A stretch of 31,439 nt of DNA. Source: a virus. Lineage: Duplodnaviria > Caudoviricetes. The stretch lies in the IMG/VR virus record IMGVR_UViG_3300043447_000134, positions 1-31,439 of that record; one strand, 5' to 3'. The notes beneath the pieces are model-generated. The model was not told where the DNA came from and ran no database searches. It saw nothing but the letters and a program-made list of their open reading frames with translations. The translations under genes and the position numbers were made by a program. This document shows, piece after piece, positions 21,865 to 30,401 of this stretch; position 1 is the stretch's first letter; each line of letters opens with the position of its first letter.

Positions 21865-23598
21865 TTAAGCCTTTACCTTCTTCTGAATCTTAATGACCAG
21901 AGCGGTAAGGGATGTAATCTGCTTCTTTAGTGAAGCGATTAGTGTTGCTACTTCTGTAGACAACTTTGTAACTGCATCCACTGCAGCCTGTGCTGTCAGT
22001 GTTGCCTTATCTGCTGCTTCTGCTGCTCCAAGAGCTGCCTTTGTAGCCTCATCTGCTGCCTTTGATGCCTCATTAGCTGCATCAAGAGCTGCCTTCTGTG
22101 CAGAATCTTCAACAACTGCCTCTGCAGAAACTACAACCTGACCTGCTACTGGAAGAGATGATCCACCAGTTGCTGTGATCTTGACTGTATTCTGTACGAG
22201 TGGCATAAAGACCTTGTATGTCTTAACTGTTGCTGTATCTGTTGTTACAGAAACGCTAGTTAGATCTGCACTACCAGCACCAAATGCATATGATGGAACA
22301 ATTCCACCAGTTGCAAATAGGTTTGAGTATGTCTTTGGAGACAATGTTAGACCTGTTGCATCAAGAACCTGAACAGTAATTGTTGCTGCTTCACCTGGAA
22401 GGTACTTAGCCTTATCAAATGAAAGCTTAACAGTTGCTGCTGTACCCTCAACACGAACTGGAACTGGGTTTGAAACAGTACCTACGCTTGCAGGATTGTA
22501 GACAATAATATTTGCTACACCTGTCTTAACACCAGTTGCTGGGAACTTTGCTACACCATTAACAATTGTTGCTGATGTTGCTGAGTTGTTAACTGTTGTA
22601 AGGTCTGCTGAAGTTGCAGCAAGTGTACCTGCTCCAACTGTTACACCCTGTGCATCGTATGCCACTGCAGAAATAACATCTGAGTTAGACCCTGTAGCGA
22701 TTACTGACTTAATTGGTGTTGCAACAATGCGAGCAATGTCACCGTAGAAGGTAACAGACTCTGTAGCAAGAACTACACCAGAAGCAGTTGTAATTGTAAC
22801 TGTACCTACGCCAGCAGTTCCATCAGCAAAGATACCGATGTGTTGACCTGATGCAAGTGTAAGTGCACGGCCCTGTGCAGTAATTGTTGCTGGGTTTGAC
22901 CCTGCCCCAATAAGACCTGGACCGCTAACGATTGCTGTTAGTGATTCTGCAACAGATGTTCCTGCTGCGTTCTTCTGTGTTACAACAACGACTGCTGCAG
23001 CATCTGCTGAAACTGTCTTTGATGCGTAAACTGTTGCATCTGCTGTTGCAGATACTGTCTCTCCTGCGTTGAGGATAGAAGTTGAAGTTGCTGCTGATGC
23101 CTTAACATCTGCTGCTGTAACTACAACTGTCCATACAACTGCTGCAGAGTTAACTGCACCTGTTGATCCAGCCTTAAGTGTTGGGGTGAACTTGAACACA
23201 TATGTTCCAGCGACTGCTGGTGTATCAAGTGTTGCCTTTAGCTTTGCTGTTACATATGTAGCAGCATTAGCAGATGAAGAAACATCTGCAGAATAGTTTC
23301 CTGCTCCCAAAGCAACGATTGCAGAAGTTGTCTCTAGAACCTCTAGAGTAGCAAACTTTGCAACACCTGCAGGAAGACTTGTAACAGATGATGTTACCGT
23401 AATTGTATCGTTGAGACCCTGTGCTAGGAATCCAACAGTAACAACGGCTGTTGCAGATTCTCCAGTACTGATTGCATCCGAAGGTGCATCAATAGCAAGA
23501 GTATCAGCATTAACCGCAGCGTGTGCTGGGATAGCAGAAAGGGTTCCGAATGCCAAGGCTGCAGCCAAAGCAAGCGAGACTTTCTTAAATGAATTCAT
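21865..23598 (-). CDS. secreted S-layer-like/Ig-repeat surface protein with C-terminal coiled coil
   Basis: Signal peptide (AHA), Ala/Thr/Val-rich beta-type sequence, no Cys, tail LIASLKKQITSLTALVIKIQKKVKA; AAGGAG SD. Confidence 0.7.
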   Translation of the reverse strand: MNSFKKVSLALAAALAFGTLSAIPAHAAVNADTLAIDAPSDAISTGESATAVVTVGFLAQGLNDTITVTSSVTSLPAGVAKFATLEVLETTSAIVALGAGNYSADVSSSANAATYVTAKLKATLDTPAVAGTYVFKFTPTLKAGSTGAVNSAAVVWTVVVTAADVKASAATSTSILNAGETVSATADATVYASKTVSADAAAVVVVTQKNAAGTSVAESLTAIVSGPGLIGAGSNPATITAQGRALTLASGQHIGIFADGTAGVGTVTITTASGVVLATESVTFYGDIARIVATPIKSVIATGSNSDVISAVAYDAQGVTVGAGTLAATSADLTTVNNSATSATIVNGVAKFPATGVKTGVANIIVYNPASVGTVSNPVPVRVEGTAATVKLSFDKAKYLPGEAATITVQVLDATGLTLSPKTYSNLFATGGIVPSYAFGAGSADLTSVSVTTDTATVKTYKVFMPLVQNTVKITATGGSSLPVAGQVVVSAEAVVEDSAQKAALDAANEASKAADEATKAALGAAEAADKATLTAQAAVDAVTKLSTEVATLIASLKKQITSLTALVIKIQKKVKA

Positions 23599-23616
23599 TA
23601 TTCTCCTTGTTATTTT

Positions 23617-25404
23617 TTATAGTAAGTTGAAATTACCGAGATAATCCCGTATTTCTTCGGGCATTTCCCGATTATCTAATTCTACCATACGTTGCTCTTT
23701 TTGTGCAACTTTGGCTGAACTAGAAGACCATGTGTGTATATCTATCTCTATATTAGGATTCTTGGGGGTGTGGGATAGGGCTCCAAATACCGCCCCAGTT
23801 ACAGCATCCGCAAGGTCTTTAGACTTTTTGCGAGGGTGGTCAACCTTCTTATCATTAATAATCTTAAGCTCAGACATTTCATCTAGCAATAATGGGATGT
23901 GTGGCATTGCAATACGCTCTTCATAGACCATCATGGCAAGGTCTTCATAGTGCTTCTTTCCTACAGACACCGTATCTGTTCTTATTCCAACAGCCTGAAG
24001 TTCTTGCTGAATATCAAATGACTGCCAACGGTCAAATGAAACCATTCCAAGATTAAACCCTTGTCTACGAAGATTTTGGATCCATTGCTTTACCTCTGAT
24101 AGGTTAACTGGACCCTCAATTCTTGGCTCCCACCAAACAACAGCATCAACAATAATGATGGGGGCTACTTGCTCATAGTCTTTAACTATCTGAAGATTAA
24201 CCCATTTATCTACGTGAGCAATTGCAACAGCACACTTGTCATGCTTTTGTGCAAGGTCAGCGTGGACGTAATAAACCTTGTCTGGATCTGGAGCAAATGA
24301 TGGTTCAAACCTCTTGTTAGAGTCAATTGGATTTCTTAATGTCATACATCTTTCTAGCTTATCCTTTTGCTTAAAGAAAGCATCTGAAGCAAATGTTGGT
24401 ACGCATGCAAAACGCTGCATAGCATCACCCATATCAGTAAAGAATGAGGTTTTAAAGTCTTCAATCTTTCGTGTTGGATTAACAACCCAAGTTGGTCTCT
24501 TTAGTGCAAATACTCCAGGGTATTTATATGCAACAATGGTATCTTCATCCCAGGATATATCTAAAGTATTTCCTTCCATATCCTCTGGAAAGTCTGGATT
24601 CATAATAAACCTATGTGTCTTTGTTACAATCTCTTTTTCCATAATGGCTTCTTCGTACTTTTGTGAGATGAAGTCCCCTGGAAAACGAGGGAATGATAGC
24701 AGTGCTACCTTTCCTAAGTCTGGAAAACGAGAGTCAACTGATGCACGGAATGCCTTATAGATATTGTCAGCAGTCTTACCCTGATCATTTCCAGTTCCTA
24801 CCTCTGTAGCAAAACCAGAAATCTCATCAAGTACTGCAAGAATGAGGTTCAAACCCTCATGTGATTCACGCTCTGAGTGACCAGAATAAACCGTGATACC
24901 TTTATCAAATTCAATAGATTCTGCCTTAGCATTAAACTTTCCTGCAAACCACTCAGACTTCTCAATCTTTGTTTTAAAGCCTTTAAAGAAAACGTTCTTG
25001 GCTTGTTGAGCGTTAATAGCAACGTTAATAATATCAATTGCATCTCCTGATGGCTTTCCAAAATATCTTGCTGGGTCTTTTAGGCATAGTAATTTATATA
25101 CAATGTATGCACATGCTACTGTAGATGTAAAGTCTTTTCCAGAGCCCTTGCCAAGTTGCAGGATGACCTCGTTCTTAGTGTACTTCTTGAAGTATCTATG
25201 CCCCTCTTCTGCCCCCAAAATATCCACAAGATCCTCTTCACGATAAATCTGACTCATGGCCTCAACAATGTCATACTGTACATCAGACAGTGGTGGTTGG
25301 TTTAGGTAACTTTCACCTTCAACAAAAGTCTTAGCATCTACAGGAATTTCTTCAAAGTTATTATTCTTTAAAGCTTCAAAGAAATCATTGAACATTGTGG
25401 ACAA
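23617..25404 (-). CDS. terL: terminase large subunit
   Basis: Walker A LGKGSGKD, Walker B LAVLDE, nuclease HADLA, FDRWQS, DHP...KDLADAV; alternative start ATG 25395. Confidence 0.9.
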   Translation of the reverse strand: MSTMFNDFFEALKNNNFEEIPVDAKTFVEGESYLNQPPLSDVQYDIVEAMSQIYREEDLVDILGAEEGHRYFKKYTKNEVILQLGKGSGKDFTSTVACAYIVYKLLCLKDPARYFGKPSGDAIDIINVAINAQQAKNVFFKGFKTKIEKSEWFAGKFNAKAESIEFDKGITVYSGHSERESHEGLNLILAVLDEISGFATEVGTGNDQGKTADNIYKAFRASVDSRFPDLGKVALLSFPRFPGDFISQKYEEAIMEKEIVTKTHRFIMNPDFPEDMEGNTLDISWDEDTIVAYKYPGVFALKRPTWVVNPTRKIEDFKTSFFTDMGDAMQRFACVPTFASDAFFKQKDKLERCMTLRNPIDSNKRFEPSFAPDPDKVYYVHADLAQKHDKCAVAIAHVDKWVNLQIVKDYEQVAPIIIVDAVVWWEPRIEGPVNLSEVKQWIQNLRRQGFNLGMVSFDRWQSFDIQQELQAVGIRTDTVSVGKKHYEDLAMMVYEERIAMPHIPLLLDEMSELKIINDKKVDHPRKKSKDLADAVTGAVFGALSHTPKNPNIEIDIHTWSSSSAKVAQKEQRMVELDNREMPEEIRDYLGNFNLL

Positions 25405-25921
25405 CTGTAATCACTTCTCCATTCTTAGCAATAGATGAAAGCCTATGCATAATAAGGTCACGGATCTCTGGATGTGTTGATGCAATGTCACGAAGGATGC
25501 CAACAAGAACTTCCTGTCGCTTTTCAATCTCAACCATTTCTTCTGCAAGTTCTTTATTCTCAAGAAGTCCAGCTTTTTGAAGCATATCAATACGCTTTGA
25601 CTCAATGTCCATAACGAGTTTGATAGCAGCAGTCTTTGCACTAAGGTTATTAGTCATAGAAGCTTCATCAATAACCTCATATGACTTAGTAATCAACTTG
25701 CTGTAATGTGTATCAGCACCCACCAAGGCTTCTTTAGCACGAGCACGGATAGCAGCATTATCTGATGCCATAGCCTTCCACTCATTGATTAAAGATACCA
25801 CTCTTGTTCTTGGCATCGCTAGTTCTTTTGAGATTACGGTTGGATCATTACCCTTGAGGTATTCCGATACAACTGTGTTAACCTCGTCTAAATGCTTGAT
25901 TAAGTCTTCTTCAGTTGACAT
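25385..25921 (-). CDS. putative terminase small subunit
   Basis: N-terminal HTH-like segment, helical body, directly upstream of terL. Confidence 0.55.
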   Translation of the reverse strand: MSTEEDLIKHLDEVNTVVSEYLKGNDPTVISKELAMPRTRVVSLINEWKAMASDNAAIRARAKEALVGADTHYSKLITKSYEVIDEASMTNNLSAKTAAIKLVMDIESKRIDMLQKAGLLENKELAEEMVEIEKRQEVLVGILRDIASTHPEIRDLIMHRLSSIAKNGEVITVVHNVQ

Positions 25922-26153
25922 ACTTACCCTCTAATCTATTAATCTCATCCTTGATATAAAAGATAGCCTTCTCAAGGTCTTGAATAGTCTTTGACTCATC
26001 TTTGAGTCCTGCTCTCCAGAGGTACTTAAATGCATTACCGATATTAAAGTTGCGATGACGAGTAATCTGAATGCACTCAACCCCTGATGGATCGCTAGTA
26101 TAGTGTTGAGGATGGTTTACCTGATCCACTGTAATGTTTAGGTTATTACTCAT
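25911..26153 (-). CDS. DUF3310-family protein
   Basis: VNHPQHY, ECI, GNAFKYLWRAGLK, DLEKA. Confidence 0.88.
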   Translation of the reverse strand: MSNNLNITVDQVNHPQHYTSDPSGVECIQITRHRNFNIGNAFKYLWRAGLKDESKTIQDLEKAIFYIKDEINRLEGKYVN

Positions 26154-26334
26154 ATTTCGTTATCTCCACTGCTAGTCTCTTCTTGCATTTTACACAAACT
26201 GTATATGTTCTGCCAGTAAATGGACATGACCCCTTTTGGCTATCATTGTGCTTACAAAATACTCTAAGCACAAAGGCCTTACTCATCTTAAACATATGCT
26301 TAACGATTCTACTCATCTTCATCAATCCAGTCAA
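26146..26334 (-). CDS. small Cys-rich hypothetical protein
   Basis: CKH...CPFTG...CVKC; start uncertain. Confidence 0.6.
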   Translation of the reverse strand: MTGLMKMSRIVKHMFKMSKAFVLRVFCKHNDSQKGSCPFTGRTYTVCVKCKKRLAVEITKYE

Positions 26335-26431
26335 AAACTTCTGGCATTCCCTTTACTATTAATACTGCATAAGTTAATCCTACAGCACCAATTACCGTTA
26401 AAGCGGTTGCGAGCTTGTGAATCTTATTCAT
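26309..26431 (-). CDS. 40-aa membrane peptide, not in ORF track
   Basis: MNKIHKLATALTVIGAVGLTYAVLIVKGMPEVFDWIDEDE; ATGA coupling. Confidence 0.6.
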   Translation of the reverse strand: MNKIHKLATALTVIGAVGLTYAVLIVKGMPEVFDWIDEDE

Positions 26432-26583
26432 CTCTTACTCTTTCTTAATCCAAATTTAGCAAGGTAAACATAGATAGTCTCTACGCTTGCCCCGCATTCC
26501 TTAGCGATATCCTCTGGACTTTTCTTGTCCATTAAATACCTTTTACGTAACCATACTTCACTTGTATACAGTTTAGCAGCCAT
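26428..26583 (-). CDS. small helix-turn-helix protein
   Basis: SPEDIAKECGASVETIYVYL; start moved to ATG 26583. Confidence 0.75.
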   Translation of the reverse strand: MAAKLYTSEVWLRKRYLMDKKSPEDIAKECGASVETIYVYLAKFGLRKSKR

Positions 26584-26598
26584 AATGTTATTTGTCAA
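26570..26598 (-). promoter_or_regulatory. promoter TTGACA-N17-TAAACT (extended -10) upstream of terminase genes
   Basis: Read directly; straddles HTH start codon. Confidence 0.55.
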
Positions 26599-27178
26599 TT
26601 CCAATCGCCTTGTACCAATTACTAACAGACCAATGCCCAATGCCACATGCATCAGCAACATCATTATCTGTTAACTTTTTATCATAGATTGTATTAATAA
26701 ACTTTATTGTTCTTTCTTTTCTAAGATTTCTCTCATAAGACTTATACCATGAAGCAGATTTTCCAGGATTCTTTGATCTTATTGCTAGTTGCTCTTCTTT
26801 GGATATCTTCTTGTTTCCAATATAGTTTTGCCATGTAATTGGTGATACCTTGCCAATAGTACGAATACCTGATTGACCTGCTGCCCCAAGCAGGGCACCC
26901 TGTACCAATGCTAGGTCTGCAGCAGTCTTTGGGCTGTTCATAAATACTGTATGCTCAATAACGATAGCGTCAACATTTACAATGTGCTCAAAAAGACCTT
27001 TTGATTTTTTACCAGCATCAATCACCTTTTCATAGATATCTTTGCCTTCAAAGTTAATCTTTCCACATTCCTTTAGCTGTCCCCCATGAAATGTAGCATA
27101 AGCAAGACTATTGGTGCTAGCGTCAATAGCACAAATTCTTTCTGGAACTACTGGCCCTCCCCATTTAGTCTTGCTCAT
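26588..27178 (-). CDS. RuvC-like Holliday junction resolvase
   Basis: CAIDAS, VIE, W, K, DNDVADA. Confidence 0.8.
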   Translation of the reverse strand: MSKTKWGGPVVPERICAIDASTNSLAYATFHGGQLKECGKINFEGKDIYEKVIDAGKKSKGLFEHIVNVDAIVIEHTVFMNSPKTAADLALVQGALLGAAGQSGIRTIGKVSPITWQNYIGNKKISKEEQLAIRSKNPGKSASWYKSYERNLRKERTIKFINTIYDKKLTDNDVADACGIGHWSVSNWYKAIGIDK

Positions 27179-27455
27179 ACTGTACAAACCCTTTCAGCTC
27201 TTTCATCATTTTATCAACTGCTTTTTTGCTTACATTACAATTGGCACAGAAGCCAGAGTCGTTATAGATTGATAGATCAACTCCACAACCACCTAAGCAT
27301 TTTCTAATCTTGCCGATTCTCTTTTGTCTACGAGTTAACTGATAGCGTTCTGCTATCTTTTCTTTTGTAGCCTCATCTCTACAAGACTCACTACAGTAAA
27401 TCTGATAAGAGACTTTTGGTGTGAAATAGTTATCACATCTACTACAAAGTTTCAC
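27165..27455 (-). CDS. Cys-rich zinc-binding protein
   Basis: CSRC, YCSESC, CLGGC, CANC. Confidence 0.7.
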   Translation of the reverse strand: MKLCSRCDNYFTPKVSYQIYCSESCRDEATKEKIAERYQLTRRQKRIGKIRKCLGGCGVDLSIYNDSGFCANCNVSKKAVDKMMKELKGFVQYEQD

Positions 27456-28275
27456 TCAATTCCTCCAGAGAAGCAATCTTTATTGTTCCATCTCCAGCTT
27501 CAGCACATGCTGCTTTTACTGGACAGGTCTTGCATATCTTTGAGTTTCCACGATAGTTCTTTGTTGGAAGTGTTTGACTCTCCCAAGCCTTGCGAACTTC
27601 ACGCATCCAATCAAAAGCATAATCAATCCATTGGCGATAATTATCGTTTACTTCAACTGGAATAATCATGATCTCATGGTTATTCTTGTTCTCGTAAACT
27701 AGTGCACCCTTTGCCTTGCCAAGTATCTTCATATAGATAAGCAGCTGAATTAGGTGTGCACCCTTTGGTTTGTTTGTTTTCTTGCGATACTCAAAGGCTT
27801 CGCTCATCATTGTTTTAATTTCACCAACGATCTCTTCGCCTTCCCAGTTAAACATAACATCGCCATATCCAAAGATTGGAGGATCGTTACAAACTACCTT
27901 AAACTCTGTTGTTCTTTCATTCTTGTCATTGATATATTCAACTGCTACCCCTGACTTAAGCATTGCATTCTGAATTCTTTCATGGCTCATAGTTCCTGAG
28001 CTCATATTAGCAACGCCATAGGCATCTGTATAGTCATCAAAAATGTTACCGTTAAACGCTAGGAACCAATATCGTGGACACTGACCATGCTGGTAAGCAA
28101 TAGTTGATGGGGCAAATGTTTTCTTTTTGGTCTGCTTTGGACCACGGTCAACTACATAGCCAGAGTTAATCTTGGCAATCATTTGTTCAGCATTGAGTAT
28201 CTCATTCTGCTTTGTAATTGCCTGCTTCTTCTCTGCCTCTTTTAGCATAACCTGCTTTAATAAGCTTTTTGTCAT
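27442..28275 (-). CDS. Cas4-like PD-(D/E)xK exonuclease
   Basis: CPRYW, GTMSH, GYGD...EIKT, QLLIY, C-terminal CKTCPVKAAC. Confidence 0.85.
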   Translation of the reverse strand: MTKSLLKQVMLKEAEKKQAITKQNEILNAEQMIAKINSGYVVDRGPKQTKKKTFAPSTIAYQHGQCPRYWFLAFNGNIFDDYTDAYGVANMSSGTMSHERIQNAMLKSGVAVEYINDKNERTTEFKVVCNDPPIFGYGDVMFNWEGEEIVGEIKTMMSEAFEYRKKTNKPKGAHLIQLLIYMKILGKAKGALVYENKNNHEIMIIPVEVNDNYRQWIDYAFDWMREVRKAWESQTLPTKNYRGNSKICKTCPVKAACAEAGDGTIKIASLEELSETL

Positions 28276-28300
28276 TGTTTTTATTCCCCTTGTTTATATA

Positions 28301-28309
28301 AGTATAGCA
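28301..28309 (-). promoter_or_regulatory. extended -10 TGCTATACT
   Basis: Intergenic, AGGGG SD downstream. Confidence 0.6.
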
Positions 28310-28311
28310 GA

Positions 28312-28629
28312 TTAGCGCATCATATACTTGAGTGCTGATACCAGATTGTTAATAGATTCCGCTGCTGTGTAGTAAATATTCTTCTTTGCACGATCATTTT
28401 TGTCTACATTAGCCATCCATGTAGCTTTAAAAGCCATCTTTGCAGCAATTGCTTGTAGTCTTACTATCTCAATACTTGCCACCTGTGTGGGGATATCTGG
28501 CTTAATGATTACCTTTGCAATAAATGTTAATGCCGTAGTTAGTTCCTCATCCTGCATATAATCTGCAATCTCTGTCAAACCATTGACCATTTCCAGCGTT
28601 GTCTTTCCTGGTTCAAATTGCTCAGCCAT
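28312..28629 (-). CDS. hypothetical helical protein
   Basis: ORF track, GGGAG SD. Confidence 0.8.
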   Translation of the reverse strand: MAEQFEPGKTTLEMVNGLTEIADYMQDEELTTALTFIAKVIIKPDIPTQVASIEIVRLQAIAAKMAFKATWMANVDKNDRAKKNIYYTAAESINNLVSALKYMMR

Positions 28630-28630
28630 C

Positions 28631-28915
28631 TTATTCTCCCTCTGTTAATTGTTCTAGTAATTCTACTTCTATTACTGCAAGTCTTACCTTTGCGTTACCC
28701 TCGCCAAGTATAATAAAAATGGCTGGGTCATTGTGATTTCTCAGGGCATCTGTAACTGCCTTAGCCCAAATGTCTTTATTAATGGTAATGCCCTTTGGGT
28801 ACTCCTTAAAGTCAACCGTAAAGTTTCTCCAAGTGGCATCACCCTTATGTGTTCCTCTGCCAGAGTTCTTGTGCTGTTTAGCACTTATCCTCTTTGACTC
28901 ACTTCTTTCGCTCAT
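28631..28915 (-). CDS. small PD-(D/E)xK nuclease (Hjc-like resolvase)
   Basis: E...NSGRG-x-x-KGD...VDFKE. Confidence 0.65.
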   Translation of the reverse strand: MSERSESKRISAKQHKNSGRGTHKGDATWRNFTVDFKEYPKGITINKDIWAKAVTDALRNHNDPAIFIILGEGNAKVRLAVIEVELLEQLTEGE

Positions 28916-29078
28916 AGTCCTTCTTCGTTAAGATTAGTGGTACCTTTGAGATATGCTTTTTGCTGCACATCCATGTAAGGTTTGCAGTCTCAGACCACAA
29001 ACGGACAGAGTTAACTTCTTCTTTGCACTTTTGGCAGATAAACTGACCGCTAAATGTTTTAAACTTATCGTTATGCAT
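28899..29078 (-). CDS. 59-aa zinc-ribbon-like protein, not in ORF track
   Basis: MHNDKFKTFSGQFICQKC...WMCSKKH... Confidence 0.7.
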   Translation of the reverse strand: MHNDKFKTFSGQFICQKCKEEVNSVRLWSETANLTWMCSKKHISKVPLILTKKDYERKK

Positions 29079-30084
29079 TCATCAACTTATTTCTTAAAGA
29101 CTCTTGCAAATCAAGATCTTCCTTGACACGATTGATAAACCCTTCACGACCTTGTACCTTGGTACCATCTTCAAGCTTATACCAGGCTCCTGTGCGTTCA
29201 ACTAGTCCAGCAAGCTCTGCTGTGTCAACAAGATCACCGATAGTGTCAATGCCAACTTCGTCACCTCTAAAGTAGAAGTCGTATTCTCCAGACTGGAAAC
29301 CAGCTGAGGTCTTTGAGAACTGAAGTTCCCACTTAACCTTGCGACCTATCTTTTCTTCAATAAGCTTGTCTCCTACTTGAATCTTGCCCTTAATCGCTTG
29401 GTTATCGGACTCAGAGGAAAATAACTTAATAACAGTTGAGGAATAAAACTTAGTAGCCTGACCACCAGAAGGCTGCTGGCTAGTATACATAGCACTGATA
29501 TTGTTGCGAGACTGAGAAATAAGAACAAGCAAAGTTGGCTTAACCTTATTGTTTGCATAGTTAAGCATTTTCCACGCATTACTAAAGTCTCTTGACTCTG
29601 CTCCAATTTGCTTTGTATTTTCCAACTGCTTAAGCTCATCTGTATCCTTCTCAAAATAAATAGCAGGTAGTAATGATGTAATACTATCTACAACAATTAT
29701 ATCAACTCCTGCATTCATAAGTCCCGTGCCAACATCAACCATTTCATTGATTGTACGTGCTTGTGAATAAATAAGCTTTGTTGAGTCTACTCCAAGCTTC
29801 TCAGCCCAGGAAGAATCATATGACATTTCTGCATCAATCCATGCACAGATCTTTCCTTCCTTCTGTGCCTGACCAATCATCTGAAGGCATAGAGAGGACT
29901 TTGCAGACGACTTTGAGCCCCAAATGAGTACTTGTCTGCCATAAGGCAAACCACCCTTTAAAGCCCTATTAAGGCCAAAACTAGGTGTTGCTGCATAGTC
30001 AACCTTTTGACCTGTTGCATCACCAAGACGCTTACGAATACGTGGATCTAACTGTGCTAATACTTCTTCCATTGTTACTGACAT
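29071..30084 (-). CDS. recA: RecA/UvsX-like recombinase
   Basis: GGLPYGR, Walker A GSKSSAKS, WIDAE, IIVVDS, SQ-x-R, SGG, GAWY...QG. Confidence 0.92.
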   Translation of the reverse strand: MSVTMEEVLAQLDPRIRKRLGDATGQKVDYAATPSFGLNRALKGGLPYGRQVLIWGSKSSAKSSLCLQMIGQAQKEGKICAWIDAEMSYDSSWAEKLGVDSTKLIYSQARTINEMVDVGTGLMNAGVDIIVVDSITSLLPAIYFEKDTDELKQLENTKQIGAESRDFSNAWKMLNYANNKVKPTLLVLISQSRNNISAMYTSQQPSGGQATKFYSSTVIKLFSSESDNQAIKGKIQVGDKLIEEKIGRKVKWELQFSKTSAGFQSGEYDFYFRGDEVGIDTIGDLVDTAELAGLVERTGAWYKLEDGTKVQGREGFINRVKEDLDLQESLRNKLMNA

Positions 30085-30401
30085 TAAAATCTTACCCCAT
30101 GCTTCTCTGGACGTGTCTTGTTAAAATCTGATTTCTTCTTAAGAATATAATCAAGTGATTCTCTAGTATACCCTGCTTCAACCATTCCTGCATAGAGGTC
30201 TAATGTACGAATGATAATGTCTGCAAACTCTTTGGCAACTTCTTCTCCGCCCTTGTCTTTACGAACTGCTTCCATAACCTCCACAACTTCTGATACGATC
30301 ATCATTAGTTGTTTGGTTACAAAAATATCATCAATCTTATCTGGCCAAAAGCCTTTTTCTACTGCTACCTTGTGCAAATCAATTGCCATCTGATCAAACA
30401 T
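30084..30401 (-). CDS. MazG-like NTP pyrophosphohydrolase
   Basis: SEVVEVMEA...EFADIIIR, RP-x-KHG. Confidence 0.85.
   Translation of the reverse strand: MFDQMAIDLHKVAVEKGFWPDKIDDIFVTKQLMMIVSEVVEVMEAVRKDKGGEEVAKEFADIIIRTLDLYAGMVEAGYTRESLDYILKKKSDFNKTRPEKHGVRF

Noticed and set aside
19589-23644. Plus-strand ORFs antisense to the surface-protein genes, and similar shadow ORFs elsewhere
   Set aside because: By-products of biased Ala/Thr/Val codon usage on the coding strand; no SD or motifs
27442-28275. CRISPR-Cas system
   Set aside because: Solo Cas4-like nuclease in a replication module; no array or other cas genes seen
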